From the NCBI RefSeq assembly GCF_030684315.1, contig NC_081362.1, positions 97,323,187-97,387,186 on the forward strand: DNA of 64,000 nucleotides, read 5' to 3'. Positions 39,070 through 51,703 of this stretch are shown piece after piece (positions within the stretch are counted from its first letter, which is position 1; every line of letters starts with the position of its first letter). The notes beneath the pieces are model-generated. The model saw only the letters and a program-made list of their open reading frames with translations, did no database searches and was not told where the DNA came from. The DNA comes from Stegostoma tigrinum (Eukaryota). A program made the position numbers and the translations under genes.

Positions 39070-39910
39070 AGAAAAATACATCGGAAGTGATTGGGCAATA
39101 TCTAGCCAAATGGAACATAATGTTGGGAGCTCTGAAGTCATGCACTTTGGCAGAAGAATAGAGGAAATGAAAATTATTTGAATGGGGAAAGACCACAAAA
39201 AGCTACAGAACAGAGGAATTTGAGAATCCACAACCATGAATCACAAAAAGCTAATATCGAAGTTCTGTGGGTTACAGGGAAGAAGTATGGCAAGTTGTCT
39301 TTTCTTTCCAAGTGAATGGAATATAAAAGTAGGGAAGTTTTGCCAAAAGTATCCAAGGCACTCATTAGACTACAGCTGGAATACTGTGAACAGTTTTGGG
39401 CCCCTTATCTAAGAAAAGATATACTGGCATTGGGGCAGTTCAGAAAAGGATTACTGGGATGATACCTGGCATGGAGGGACTGTCTTATGAGGAGATGTTG
39501 CATTGATTGGGCCTGTACTCATAGAATATAGAAGAATGAGAAGTGACCTCATTGAAACTTATGAGATTCTGAGGGGACTTGGCAGGCTCAATGCAGAGAA
39601 ATTGTTTCCCCTTGTGGGACAGTTTGGGTCCAGAGGGCATAACAACAGAATAAGGGTCACCTATTAAAAACAGAGATGAGGAGGAATTTCTTCTCTCAGA
39701 GGCTGGTGAATCTGTGAAATTCTTCACTGAGAGGGCTGTCAAGGCTGGGTCATTAAATCTGTTCAAGACTGGGCAGGCACATTTTTAAAGAAAGGGAAAC
39801 AAGGGTTATGGGGAAAACACAAGGAAGTGGAGTTAAGGATTTTCAGATTAGCCATGATCACAGTAGACCCGATGGGCTGAATGGCCTACTTCGGCTCCTA
39901 TCTCTTATAG
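39070..39910 (+). mobile_element. Old CR1 3' fragment
   Basis: Decayed ORF2 end (ctggaatactgtgaacagttttgggcccc) and tail gggctgaatggcctact. Confidence 0.75.
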
Positions 39911-40136
39911 ACCTGTGACTAGAAAGAAAACCGGACGGCAGTGAGGGTCATGAACTTTCAGGGCTAGATGAATAGACTGGAAGAATGGAACTGATACAGA
40001 ACTCGCATAAACTTGATGGACTTCACTTTAATAAATCTATGTTTAAAACATTCTCGGACTTAGTTAGACTGAGAACAGTTAAGACACTATCAACTGTTCC
40101 GACCTGTTTTTAACTTATTGTGCCTTTCTCTTAAAG

Positions 40137-43100
40137 GTGCAAATGCCCCTATCCTTCTCCAGTCTCCCAGCCTGGAACGTGTCACTAAGGGTCACACTGC
40201 CCAGTTACAGTGCACCATGAGGAACGTCGCAGTGACACACACCGATGTTCACTGGTACCGCGAACAATCAGAGAATAACACAGACTGGGTTTTAACAGAT
40301 GACGTGAGGAACATCACACAATGGAGCCCAGGATTCACTCAGCGATTCCAGTCTTCCAGAGACTCCTCCAGTAATAGCTTCATTCTGACCATCACAAACT
40401 TGCAGCCCAATGACACTGGGGTCTATTACTGTAAAGTGTGGGGAGATATCAGTGGGAGTGGATCCCAGCTAATTGTAACCAATGAAGGTACCTTCAGAAT
40501 TGGAACTCAAATGAATGGAATTGGTGAAGAGAAATTGAGGAATAAGAATGAGCTGAATGTAGGCAGAGGAGAAATACCTAGCACTGTGTCTAACTGCAGT
40601 GGAACCAGTGGACACAAAACTGGAAATGTGTATAACTGTAATGAAAACACTGGAGAGAAATCCAGGATTGGGAACAAATCAAATGTACACAGTGCGGAGA
40701 TCTCTGGTCATGTGTCCAAACAGAATGATACCATTGGAGAGAAAACCAGAAATGAGCTGACTGCTGTTACTGGACAATTTTTCAGAAATGTGTCAAAACA
40801 AATTGGAATCAATACAGATAATTTTGGGAATGGGAATGAGCTGACATTAAGCAGTGAACAGATACCCGGAAATGAGCTGAAACAAAATGAAACCATTAAT
40901 GAGATTATTAGAAATTGGAATGATTTAACTGCAGACAGAGATGGCCAATCTAAAACTGGGAATGAGCTCATTTCAGTTGGTGGAAGGATATCTGGGATTG
41001 TGACTATCAGGAATGGAACCAGTGGAGAGATATCTGGGAATTTTACCAACTGGAATGGAACCACTGGACAGTTATCCGGCATTGTATCCAACTGGAATGG
41101 AACTAGTGGACAATTATCCGGCAATATTTCCAATTGGACTGGGATGAGCGGACAGTTATCCGGCAGTATTTCCAATTGGAATGGAACAGGTGGACAGTTA
41201 TCCGGCAAAGTCATTAGCTCGAATGGAATAAGTGGACAATTATCCGGCAATGTATCAAGGTGGAATGGAACGAGTGGACTGTTATCCGGCAATGTATCTA
41301 TGTGGAATGGAATGAGCGGACAATTATCCGGCAATATATCTATGTGGAATGGAACAAGTGGACAGTTATCCAGCAATGTATCTAGATGGAATGGAATGAA
41401 TGGACAGTTATCCAGCAATGTATCTAGCTGGAATGGAACGAGTGGACACTTATTCAGTAATGTATCTAACTTGAATGGGATGAGTGAAGAGACATTCAGC
41501 AATCTGTCTGTTGGGATTAGAACCAGTGAAAATATACCCAGAAATGTGTCTATCAAGAATGGAACGATATCTGGAATAGTGTCTAACTGGAATGGAACCT
41601 GTGGAGAGATATCAGGCATTGTGTCTATCAGGAATGGAATCATTGGAGAGATATCTGGGATTGTGTCTATTGGGAATGGAACCAGTGGTGAGATATCTGG
41701 GATTGTGACAAATGGGAAAGGAATCAGTGGGGAAATATCCGGAATTGTGTCGACTGGGAATGGAACCAGTACAGAGATATCTGGAAATGTGTCAAATGGG
41801 AATGGAACCAATGGAGGGACAACCAGAATTGTGTCTACTGGGAATCGAACCAGTACAGAGATATTTGGAAGTGTGTCAAATGGGAATGGAACCAGTGGAG
41901 AGATATCAGGGATTCTGTCAGAAGTGAATAGAACCAGCGGAGAGATATCTGGAATTGTGTCTATTCGGAATAGAACCAGTGGAGAGATATCTGGAATTGT
42001 GTCTATTGGAAATGGAACCAGTCAAGAAATCTCTGGGATTGAGTCTACTGGGAATGGAACCAGTGGAGAGATTTCCGGGATTATGTCTATAGGGAATGGA
42101 ACCAGCGGAGAGATGTCTGGGATTGTGTCCAACTGGAATGGAACTAGTGGAGAGATATATGGGGTTGTGCCTATCGAGAATGGAACTATTGGAGAGATAA
42201 CCGGGACTGTGTCTATTGGGAACGGAACTCGTGGAGAGATATCAGGGATTGTGTCTATTGGGAATGGAACCATTGGGGTGATATCCGGGAATGTGTCCAA
42301 CTGGAACATAGCCAGTGGAGAAATTTCTAGGTTTGGGAATGAATTAAATGCAGTCACTGGAAACAATTCAAACATTGGGAATGAGCTGAAAGTAGCCAAT
42401 GGAGAATCATCCATCCCTAAGAATGAATTGAATGCATTCAAATGGACTGATACCAGTCGGGGAACAAATGTGACAAGGAATATGCTGAGCATGAGCAGTG
42501 GAGAAATATCACAGAATGTTCTGAATATATCCAGCGGAGAAGCCGCCAGGAATGTGTCACAATGGAATAAAACCAGAGGAGTGATACCCATGACAGAAAA
42601 TGAACTGAATCTGGCCAATGAAAGGATAAATAGGAATGTATCCAACTATAGTGTAACCAGTGCAGCAATTCCTACAATTCAGAATGAATTGAATGCAGTA
42701 ATCAGAGTGACTTCAAACTTTGTGAACAATTTGAATTCAGCCAGTGGAGGGATCACCAAAACTGGGAATGAGCTGAGTGCAGCCAGTGTAAGGGCATCCA
42801 GGACTGGAAACAAACCAAAAGCAATCAATGTGGATTCCTCCCAGACTAGAAGTGATCTGAATGCAGGAAATAGAAAGTTTTCTTGGAAAATGTCTAAACG
42901 ATATAGACCCCGTGGAAAGCCCCCCAAGTCTGGGAATCAATTAATGTTTGCCAGTGGTACATTACCCAGCAATGTTTCCAAACGGAATGGAACTACTCTG
43001 AAGATTTTCAGCACTGAAAATGAAGTGAAATCAGCCAACAGGGAGATCTCCAGGACTGTAAATGAACTATATGCAGCCAGAGGAAGAATATTCAAGACTA

Positions 43101-44705
43101 GAAATGAGACAAATGCAGCCAGTGGAGAGATTTCTGGCACTGGGAATGAGACGAATGCAGTCAGTAGAGCGATTTCTGGCACTGGGAATGAGACGAATGC
43201 AGCCAGTGGAGAGATTTCTGGCACTGGGAATGAGACAAATGCAGCCGGTAGAGAGATCTCCGGCGCTGGGAATGAGACAAATGCAGCCAATAGAGAGATC
43301 TCTGGCACTGGGAATGAGACGAATGCAGCCAGTAGAGAGATCTCTGGCACTGGGAATGAGACGAATGCAGCCGGCAGAGAGATCTCCGGCACTGGGAATG
43401 AGACAAATGCAGCCAGTGGAGAGATTTCTGCCACTGGGAATGAGACAAATGCAGCCAGTAGAGGGATTTCTGGCACTGGGAATGAGACGAATGCAGCCAG
43501 TGGAGAGATCTCTGGCACTGGGAATGGGACGAATGCAGCTAGTAGAGAGATCTCTGGCACTGGGAATGAGACGAATACAGCCAGTGGAGAGATCTCCAGC
43601 ATTGGAAATGAAATGAATGCAGCCAGTGGAGAGATTTCTGGCACTGGGAATGGGATGAAAGCAGCCAGTGAACAGATCTCTAGCACTGAGAATGAGATGA
43701 GTGCAACCAGTGGACAGATCTCCAGGACTAGGAATGAGATGGAAACAGCCAGTGGACAGATCTCTGGCACTGGGAATGAGATGAATGCAGCCAGTGGAGA
43801 TATCTCTGGCACTGGGAATGAGACAAATGCAGCCGGCAGAGAGATCTCTGGCTCTGGGAATGAGACAAATGCAGCCAGTAGAGAGATCTCTGCCACTGGG
43901 AATGAGACAAATGCAGCCAGTGGGGAGAGCTCTGGCACTGGGAATGAGACAAATGCAGCCAGAGAACAGTTTCTCCAGTTTGGAAATAAGTTGAGTAGAG
44001 CCAGAGGTGAGATGGCTGTGACTGGGAATAAGTCAAATGCAGCCAGTGATGAGCCCTCTGGTACAGTCTTGAAACGCACTGGAACCAGTGGAAAAATAAC
44101 TATGAATGGAAATGTGCTGAATGTATCGAATGACAAAGTATCTGGAAACAAACAAAATTCATCTAGTGGAGCTATTAAAACGAATGGGAATAAAGTGACA
44201 ACAATCAGTGGAGAGAAATCCAACAATGTGTCTAAAGGTAATGAAATGAGTGAAAAAACCTTCAGGACTGGGAAAGAACTTGATGCAGCCAGTGGAGAGC
44301 CGTCTAAAAATGAGCTAGAAGTAGCCAGTGAAAAGTTTATAATGAATGGGAATGAGCTGAATATAATCAACAGAGAATTTTCCAGGAATATGTCTAAATG
44401 GAATGGAACCAGTAGAGAGAGCTTCAGAAATTGGAATGTGCTGAATGGATCCAGTGATGACATTTCAAGGACTACGAATAAGCCTGATACAGCAAAAGAA
44501 GAGGCAGAGAGCAGAGTGGCTCAATGGAATGGAACCAGTGAAGAGAGATCCAGGATTGTGAAGGAAATGAATGTAACCAGTGGTAATCCATCAACGGATC
44601 AATCTGAAGAAAAAGAGACAATTGTACAGACATCCAGGAATGGGAAGGATATGACTGTGACGATCGCAGAGATCTCCCGGAATATCACTCAGCTGAGCAC
44701 AGCGA
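40137..44705 (+). CDS. Exon 3 (4569 nt): Ig V-set domain 2 with J-like strand, continuous with a ~1400-aa Asn/Gly/Ser/Thr-rich repeat stalk
   Basis: Acceptor cctttctcttaaag. Motifs AQLQC, VHWYRE and FILTITNLQPNDTGVYYCKVWGDISGSGSQLIVT. The frame stays open for 4.5 kb and ends at a consensus phase-1 donor A|GTAAGT at 44706. Confidence 0.9.
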
Positions 44706-44707
44706 GT
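40442..44707 (+). repeat. Coding tandem repeat, 42 bp / 14 aa, about 100 units in several subfamilies
   Basis: Homogeneous blocks SGQLSGNVSxWNGT (~41050-41470), SGEISGIVSIGNGT (~41600-42300) and SGEISGTGNETNAA (~43100-43960), separated and flanked by diverged units with the same period. Confidence 0.9.
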
Positions 44708-45169
44708 AAGTAAACTTTAGCATTGTTTACAGTGACTTTAAGAAAGGTAAGTTGTAGCTACATAACACTTGATCATATTTCCCAGAAACACGATATTAAG
44801 CTGCACAACAGTTTTGAATCCTGGCTGCAGCCTCTTGCAGGTTGGAAGGTGTCACAACATCCTGTAAACTGTGTCATAGATCTAGCGCCCCATTTCTTGT
44901 CCCAAACTCACTTTGTCAATCAATTACCTAAATCGGCGCCTTAAGTGGACTGCATCAGCAGCCAGCATGCATTGACGTATTGGAGAGGAAATTTCAAATG
45001 AGTCATACAGGAAGGCATTGAATGATTATTTAAATAGAAATAATGTGCAAGCATAACAGGCCAGAAGCAGGAGATTGGTATGAAGTAATGATGCACTTTG
45101 GCAGAACCAGTGTAAGCACAATAGGCTGAATGGCCTATTTCTGCATTATAATAATTCCCAGATTCTGTG

Positions 45170-48100
45170 AAACTATGTTCACATGAAACCTTCACAGAGC
45201 TACAAAAACTAATGCAGCTACAGAGTAATAAATCATATAATAACCTAACGTACAGAGTAATGTACATCATAATCTAACATAGCTAAAGTATTATTGTGCA
45301 TGATACCCAAACACACCAGCAGACAGTATGTAAATACTAACAGCACAACTACAGAGAAATAACGTAAATAATAATTTACTACAGTTACAGGATAATAATG
45401 TATAAAATAACCAAAGACAACTCCAGAATAAAAATATACATAATAACCTAACCCAGCTAGAGAGTACTCATGTATGTAAATAACAAGCACACTTACAGAG
45501 TGATTATGTACATATTAACCTACGCACCTGCAGAGGAATAATGTACATATTAAACTAGCGGTCCTACAGTGGAGTAATGCTTGGAATATCCCAACATACT
45601 ACTGAATAGTAATGTATACAATAAATAACACAGCTACTGAGGAACACTGTTATAATAACCTAAAACTTCTTTATCACAATAATGTATATGATAAAATAAA
45701 GTTCTTGCAACATAATAACATATATAATAACTAAAGTTTCTACAGGGTATTGGGTGAAAGCAGGAGAATGGGTTGAGAAACTTATCAGCCATGATTGAAC
45801 GACAGAGCAACCGAATGGCCTAATTTCTACTCATGTGTGATGGTCTTATGGTACCCTAACCCAGCTACAGATTAATAATGAATATAATAGGTTATCCCAG
45901 CTACACAGTAATAATGGATAAGATATCCATTAGTTTCACAGTAATAATGCATATGGTTCCCTAATCTCTCTTTATCTTCCATTCATGTGTCTATCAAGAT
46001 ATGCCTTAAACATTGCTAATGTGCCTGCCTCCACTACCCCCACTGGCAGTGCGTCCCAAGCACCCACTGCCTTCTGTGTGAAAAAGCATCCATGCATTTC
46101 TCCCCTAAACTTTCCCCCTCTCACTTTGAACCTATGCCCTCTTGTAGATGACCTTTCCACACTGGGAAAAAGTACTTCTGACTATCCACCCTATCCCTGT
46201 CTCTCATAATTCTGCAGACCTCCCCTCAGCCTCTGTCTTTCCAGTGGAAGCAATCCGAGTTTATCCAAGTCTCCTCATAACTGAAATGCTCCAGACCAGG
46301 CAACACACTGGTGAACCTTCTTTGTGCTCTCTCCAAAGTATCCACATTCTTCTGGTAGTGTGGTGACCAGAACTGCGGGCAATATTCCAAATGTGGCCTA
46401 ACTGAAGTTTTATACAGCTGTAACATAACTTGTACATATTTATATTCAATGCAGCACCCGATGAAGGTACATGTGCTGTATGCGTTCTCGCTGTGTGCCC
46501 AGATCCCTTTGTCTGTCAATGCTCCCAAGGGTTCTGCCATTTATTGTGTAATTCTCACCTGCATCACCTCACATTTACCAGTTTAAACTCCATCAGCCAT
46601 TTCTCCGCCAAATCTGCAGTCTATCTATATCTTACAGTATCTTTTGACAGTCCCCTTCACTGTCTGCAGCTCCACCAATTTTGGTACCATCCGCATTTTG
46701 TTCTGGATCATTTACATATATTACACACAACAAAGGTCACAGCACTGATCCCTGCAGGACTCCACTAGTTACTGATATTCACTCCAAAAAGCATGCTTCT
46801 GCCACAACTTTCTGTCTTCTATGGCCAAGTCAGATTTGTATCCATGCTTTTTTAAAACTCATTCATGGGAGAAGGGTCGCACTGGTTAGGCAGCATTTAA
46901 TGCCCATCCTTAGCTGCCCAAAGGGCATTTATGATCAACCTCATTGCTGTGGGTCTGGAGTCACATGTAGGCCAGACCAGGTGAGGATGGCAGTTTCCTT
47001 CCCTAAAGGACATTAGTGAACCAGGTGGGCTTGTTCGACAATCGGCTTAGGATTCATGGTCATCATCAGACTCTTAATTTTATATTTTTAATGAATTCGA
47101 ATTCTGCCATCTGCTGTGGTGGAATTCAAACTCAGGTCCCAGGAACACTGCCTGGGTCTCTGGGTTAACAGTCCAGTGATAATACCCATAGACCATTGCT
47201 TCCCCCATGCGGCCATCACATCCCAGCCATCTGACATGCTACCATTTTTTATGGCATGAGGTACCTTACCAAATGTCTTACTAAAATTCACATAGACAAC
47301 ATCCACTGCCCTACACTCATCAATCATTCTTGTCATTTCTTCAAAAAGCTCATTCAACTTGGTGAGGCATGACTTTCCTCACTCAAACACATGCTGCCCA
47401 TCACTAACAAGTGCATTACTTCTAAAAAGGAATAAATCCTGTCTTTCAGTATCTTCTCCAGCAGCTTCCCCACCACTGACGTCAGGCTCACCGGTCGATA
47501 ATTACCTGGATTTCGCTTTGTTTCCCTTCTTAAACAAAGGAACAACATTGGTCATTCTCCAGTCCTCTGGAACCTTGCATAAGGCCAAAGTTATCTGTGG
47601 AGGCCCAGCTATTTTATCCCTTGCCTCCCACAGAATCCTGGGATAGATTCTGTCTGATCCTGGGGACTTGTCTATACCTGCCTACACCTAAACACAGATA
47701 GAGAGGACCAATGTGTAAACTATAATACAATAGCTACACAATAATAATGTACAGAATAAATTAACGTATCTACAGAGTACGTATGTACATAATAACTGAA
47801 CAAGCCAATGGAAACATGTTTGATACAGTAACCCAACACATGTACATAGCATTAATACGCACATTAAGCGAACACAGCTAGAAAGTAATAATCTACAAAT
47901 AAATGTAACATAGCTACAATCTAACCCACCTACAGAATAATAGTCACAGAACCTAAAACACCTACATAGTAATAATGTACAAAATTACCTAAAACAGCTG
48001 CAGTGTAATGATCTACATACCACCCTAACACATGCAGAATAATAACATATATTAAGATAAAATATCTAATAGTCTCCCACATATACAAAATAATGAAGTA

Positions 48101-48720
48101 TGTAATAACCTGACACACCTACAGAGTAAGAATCTGTATAGTAGGCTAACAAACCTATCTAGCCATAATGTATATGATAATGTAAAATACCTACAGGGTA
48201 ATAATGTACATAATAACCTAAAACGCCTGCAGTGTAACACTGTCTATGTTGACCTAACATATTCCTCTACAGAGGAGTAATGGTATGATGTAATGCACCT
48301 ATAGTACATAATCCTAGAGAGTCATAATGTACATTTTTCCCTAAAATATCCACAAAGGAACAATGTCCAAAATAATCGTACACAGCTACAGAAGAAAGAC
48401 ATGCATAATGAGTGAACAGATCTACTGGGTAATAATATACATATCAATTAAACACACCCTACAGAAAAATAATGCACAGAGTAACCAAACTCAGCTCCAG
48501 AGTAACAATGTACACAATATCCTCACATATATACAGAATATTGAATTTAATAACCTCAAACGTTACCAGGGTAATAATGTAATTATGTAATAATTACATA
48601 ACAACCCTACAGAGTAACCTACATAATAACTAACGCACTTCAAGTGTATTAATGGACATGGTAACCTAACACAGGTAAAAAGTAAGAATTTACATGTGAC
48701 ATTATTAGCTTAAACTATTT
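45170..48720. repeat. Degenerate AT-rich ~35-bp satellite (acctacagagtaataatgtacataataacctaac-like), interrupted by CR1 and SINE fragments at ~45960-47675
   Basis: Recurring tacagagtaataatgtaca/taacctaa motifs on both sides of CR1 pieces (RPHLEYCPQFWSP, NYRPVSLTS on -). Confidence 0.7.
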
Positions 48721-49080
48721 TAAACATATTCCACAAGCAAATCTCACGGCCTGTACCTGGGTGATGGATGGTGCTCAGACGTCTATCCTAGTTTCCACAG
48801 CATCCTTCTGACAATTTCAGCCTGATGGGGAAAGTCCCCTACGGTGATTTCATGATCCCAGTCCGATGGGGAAAGTGCAATGAGTGAGGCAGAGTCCTTC
48901 ATATTAATATTTTCTGAATCTGAGATTAATGCTGTCTTGCCATTCCTTTGTACTTGTCAAGTATTCCTCTGTGCTTGATGACACAATCAAATCCAGGTGT
49001 TGTAGCAAACTAGCCTGTTCCCAAGGCAAGGAAAGATCCTTGCAGTTACCTTCCAGCCAAAACAGCTGTTTTTACACTAA

Positions 49081-50070
49081 GATAACAAAGTGTGGAGCTG
49101 GATGAACACAGCAGGCCAAGCAGCATCGCAGGAGCACAAAAGCTGACTTTTCAGGCCTAGACCCTTCATCAGAGAGGGGGATGGGGAGAGGAAACTGGAA
49201 TAAATAGGGAGAGAGGGGGAGGCGGACCGAAGATGGAGAGAAAAGAAGATAGGTGGAGAGGAGAGTATAGGTGGGGAGGTAGGGAGGGTATAGGTCAGTC
49301 CAGGGAAGACGGACAGGTCAAGGAGGTGGGATGAGGTTAGTAGGTAGGAGATGGAGGTGCGGCTTGGGGTGGGAGGAAGGGATGGGTGAGAGGAAGAATA
49401 GGTTAGGGAGGCAGAGACAGGCTGGGCTGGCTTTGGGATGCAGTGGGGGGAGGTGTTGAGCTGTGCTGGTTTCGTGATGCAGTGGGGGGAGGAGAAGAAC
49501 TGGGCTGGTTTTGGGATGCAGTGGGGAGAGGGGAGATTTTGAAGCTGGTGAATTCCACATTGATACCATTAGGCTGCAGGGTTCCCGAGCGGAATATGAG
49601 TTGCTGTTCCTGCAACCTTCAGGTGGCATCATTGTGGCACTGCAGGAAGCCCATGATGGACATGTCGTCTAAGGAATGGGAGGGGGAGTTAAAATGGTTC
49701 GTGACTGGGAAGTGCAGTTGTTTATTGTGAACTGAGCGGAGGTGTTCTGCAAAGCGGTCCCCAAGTCTCCGCTTGGTTTCCCCAATGTAGAGGTAGCCAC
49801 ACCGAGTATAATGGATACAGTATACCACATTGGCAGATGTGCAGGTGAACATCTGCTTAATATGGAAAGTCATCTTGGGGCCTGGGATGGGGGTGAGGGA
49901 GGAGGTGTGGGGGCAAGTGTAGCACTTCCTGCGGTTGCAGGGGAAGGTGCCGGGTTTGTTGGGGTTGGAGGGGAGTGTGGAACAGACAAGGGAGTCACGG
50001 AGAGAGTGGTCTCTCCGGAAGGCAGACAAGGGTGGGGATGGAAAAATGGCTTGGGTGGTAGGGTCAGATT
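49081..50070 (-). mobile_element. Penelope-like element, 5'-truncated
   Basis: GIY-YIG ORF at 49619-50029. TSD TGTTTTTACACTAAG at 49067-49081 and 50070-50084. Confidence 0.92.
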
Positions 50071-50159
50071 GTTTTTACACTAAGCCTGTTTTTCATGCAT
50101 TTTCCTTCAATTCTTTTTATTGCCTTGTCTAATTAACCTTTTACAATTAACCCTTTAAC

Positions 50160-50495
50160 CTTGTTAACCTTATAGAGGTGCATAAAATCATGAGAGGCAC
50201 AGATGAAGTAGAATAGCCAAGAGCTTTTCCCCACTGTAGGGGTGTCTAAAACTAGAGGGCATAGGTTTAAGGAGACAGGACAGAGATACAAAAGCGACCA
50301 GAGGGACAATTTCTTTCACACAGCGGGTGGTACGTGTCTGGAACGGGCTGCCGGGGGTAGTGGTGGGGACGAGTACAATTTCATCATTTAAGAAACATTT
50401 AGACAGGTATATGGATGGGTACTGTATGGGGGGATATGAGCCAAATGTGGGGAAATGGGACTAGATTAATTGTGGAAACTGGGCAGCACAGACAT
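50160..50495 (+). mobile_element. CR1 3' fragment
   Basis: actagagggcataggtttaagg...ttcacacagcgggtggta...tggaac, the CR1 ORF2 end. Confidence 0.75.
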
Positions 50496-50881
50496 GTTTT
50501 CAGATATTATTTCTGAGCAGAAGAGTACACCCAGTCAGTGACAACCATGTCCCATGAATAATAGAGGCGCCACCTTCCTACCCCAGGACTGCTGCCATTC
50601 TACCCCAATGGAGGTGTTAAACTGAGACTCTGTCTGTCCTGTTGAGCAGCTATCAAAGAGGCCATGGTACTCACACAGCGTTTTACTGAACAGAAAGGAG
50701 TTTTTCTTGGGGACCTCCATCAAAATGACACAAACTGATTTCCCTGTCACTCTCACAAGATGGCTTTGTCGGATCCTTCTGTGAGAATACTGTCATGGTT
50801 CTCACATTATATAGAAAGCACACTCCACTCTAGCAGTTCTCTGTGTCATTGAAATGGGTAATAATTGTTGTGATTTTACAG

Positions 50882-51017
50882 ACAGCCGGACCATTGACCT
50901 GTTTCCTATCATCCTGGGCTCCCTTCTGGGCTTCCTGATGTTGCTGGCTGTTAACATCATTGTTTTATTTTACGTAAAACATTGGTCAGCTTTTTCAAGC
51001 AGATCAACATGGAATCG
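50882..51017 (+). CDS. Exon 4: transmembrane exon (absent from the ORF track)
   Basis: Acceptor tgattttacag. Phase-1 reading gives (N)SRTIDLFPIILGSLLGFLMLLAVNIIVLFYVKHWSAFSSRSTWNR, a ~26-aa hydrophobic run followed by KH. Donor CG|GTAAAT is phase 2. Confidence 0.85.
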
Positions 51018-51703
51018 GTAAATCAAATTAATTTCATTCTCAGATCATTCCTGTTCTCATTTCTATCAATGACTCTTCCATTTGTGCTATTTGTTACCAT
51101 TAGTTTCTCACTCTCTTTCATCACCATCTTCATGTTCTCCTCTAGCACAAACTTGGTCTTTATTTCTTTCTCTGTCGACCTTGTCATCTCTCTCTGTGTT
51201 TCTGTCTGGTAATCTCTCTGTGTGTCTCTATATCTTGTGATCTCTATCTCTCATCTGTGTCTTTAGTCTCATGCTCTCAAGCTTATCTCCCAATTTGCAG
51301 TTTTTCTGCACCCTCATGCTCTCCCTAATTGTACAGAACTCAGATTCTCTCTACTTCATGCAAAAGATCATATTGCTTTTCAAGTTTACAATTCTCCATC
51401 TCATGCTGTTTCTCTTTCTCTATTGATGAACTCAAGTTTCTCCATTGTATACCACTTTCATTCTTTGGTGTTTCTTCCATGTCTGTATAAATTGACTCCC
51501 TTTGTCTCTCACCCAGTCTCTGGCTCCTTCAGAAAGCCTCCATCTCTCTTCTACTCCAGTCTTATCTCAACTTCCCGGCCTCTCCCACAGTAAATGCTAC
51601 AAATTCTACTTTGAACGAATTGCTGCTCCTGGAATGATGATGGGATCTAAGCAATGGGGGTTAATGTGAAGAGGACACTAGGGAATTGGGAGAGAGAGGG
51701 AGT

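Noticed and set aside
35950-40490. Rearranging Ig/TCR/IgNAR locus
   Set aside because: V and J-like parts are fused in single exons. No heptamer-spacer-nonamer RSS, D or J cluster, or C1 exon was seen.
40708-44463. Long antisense ORFs (367, 207, 508 aa) and alternate-frame ORFs
   Set aside because: Shadows of the in-frame 42-bp coding repeat, with no independent domain signal.
40118-44713. Stand-alone single-exon 1531-aa gene or a named mucin
   Set aside because: The ORF begins at TTG within a splice acceptor, lacks a signal peptide, and ends at a consensus donor. It is better explained as an internal exon, and no gene symbol is justified.
50982-51212. Hydrophobic 76-aa ORF as a TM segment
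   Set aside because: It derives from a CT-rich intronic tract. The supported TM exon is 50882-51017 in another frame.
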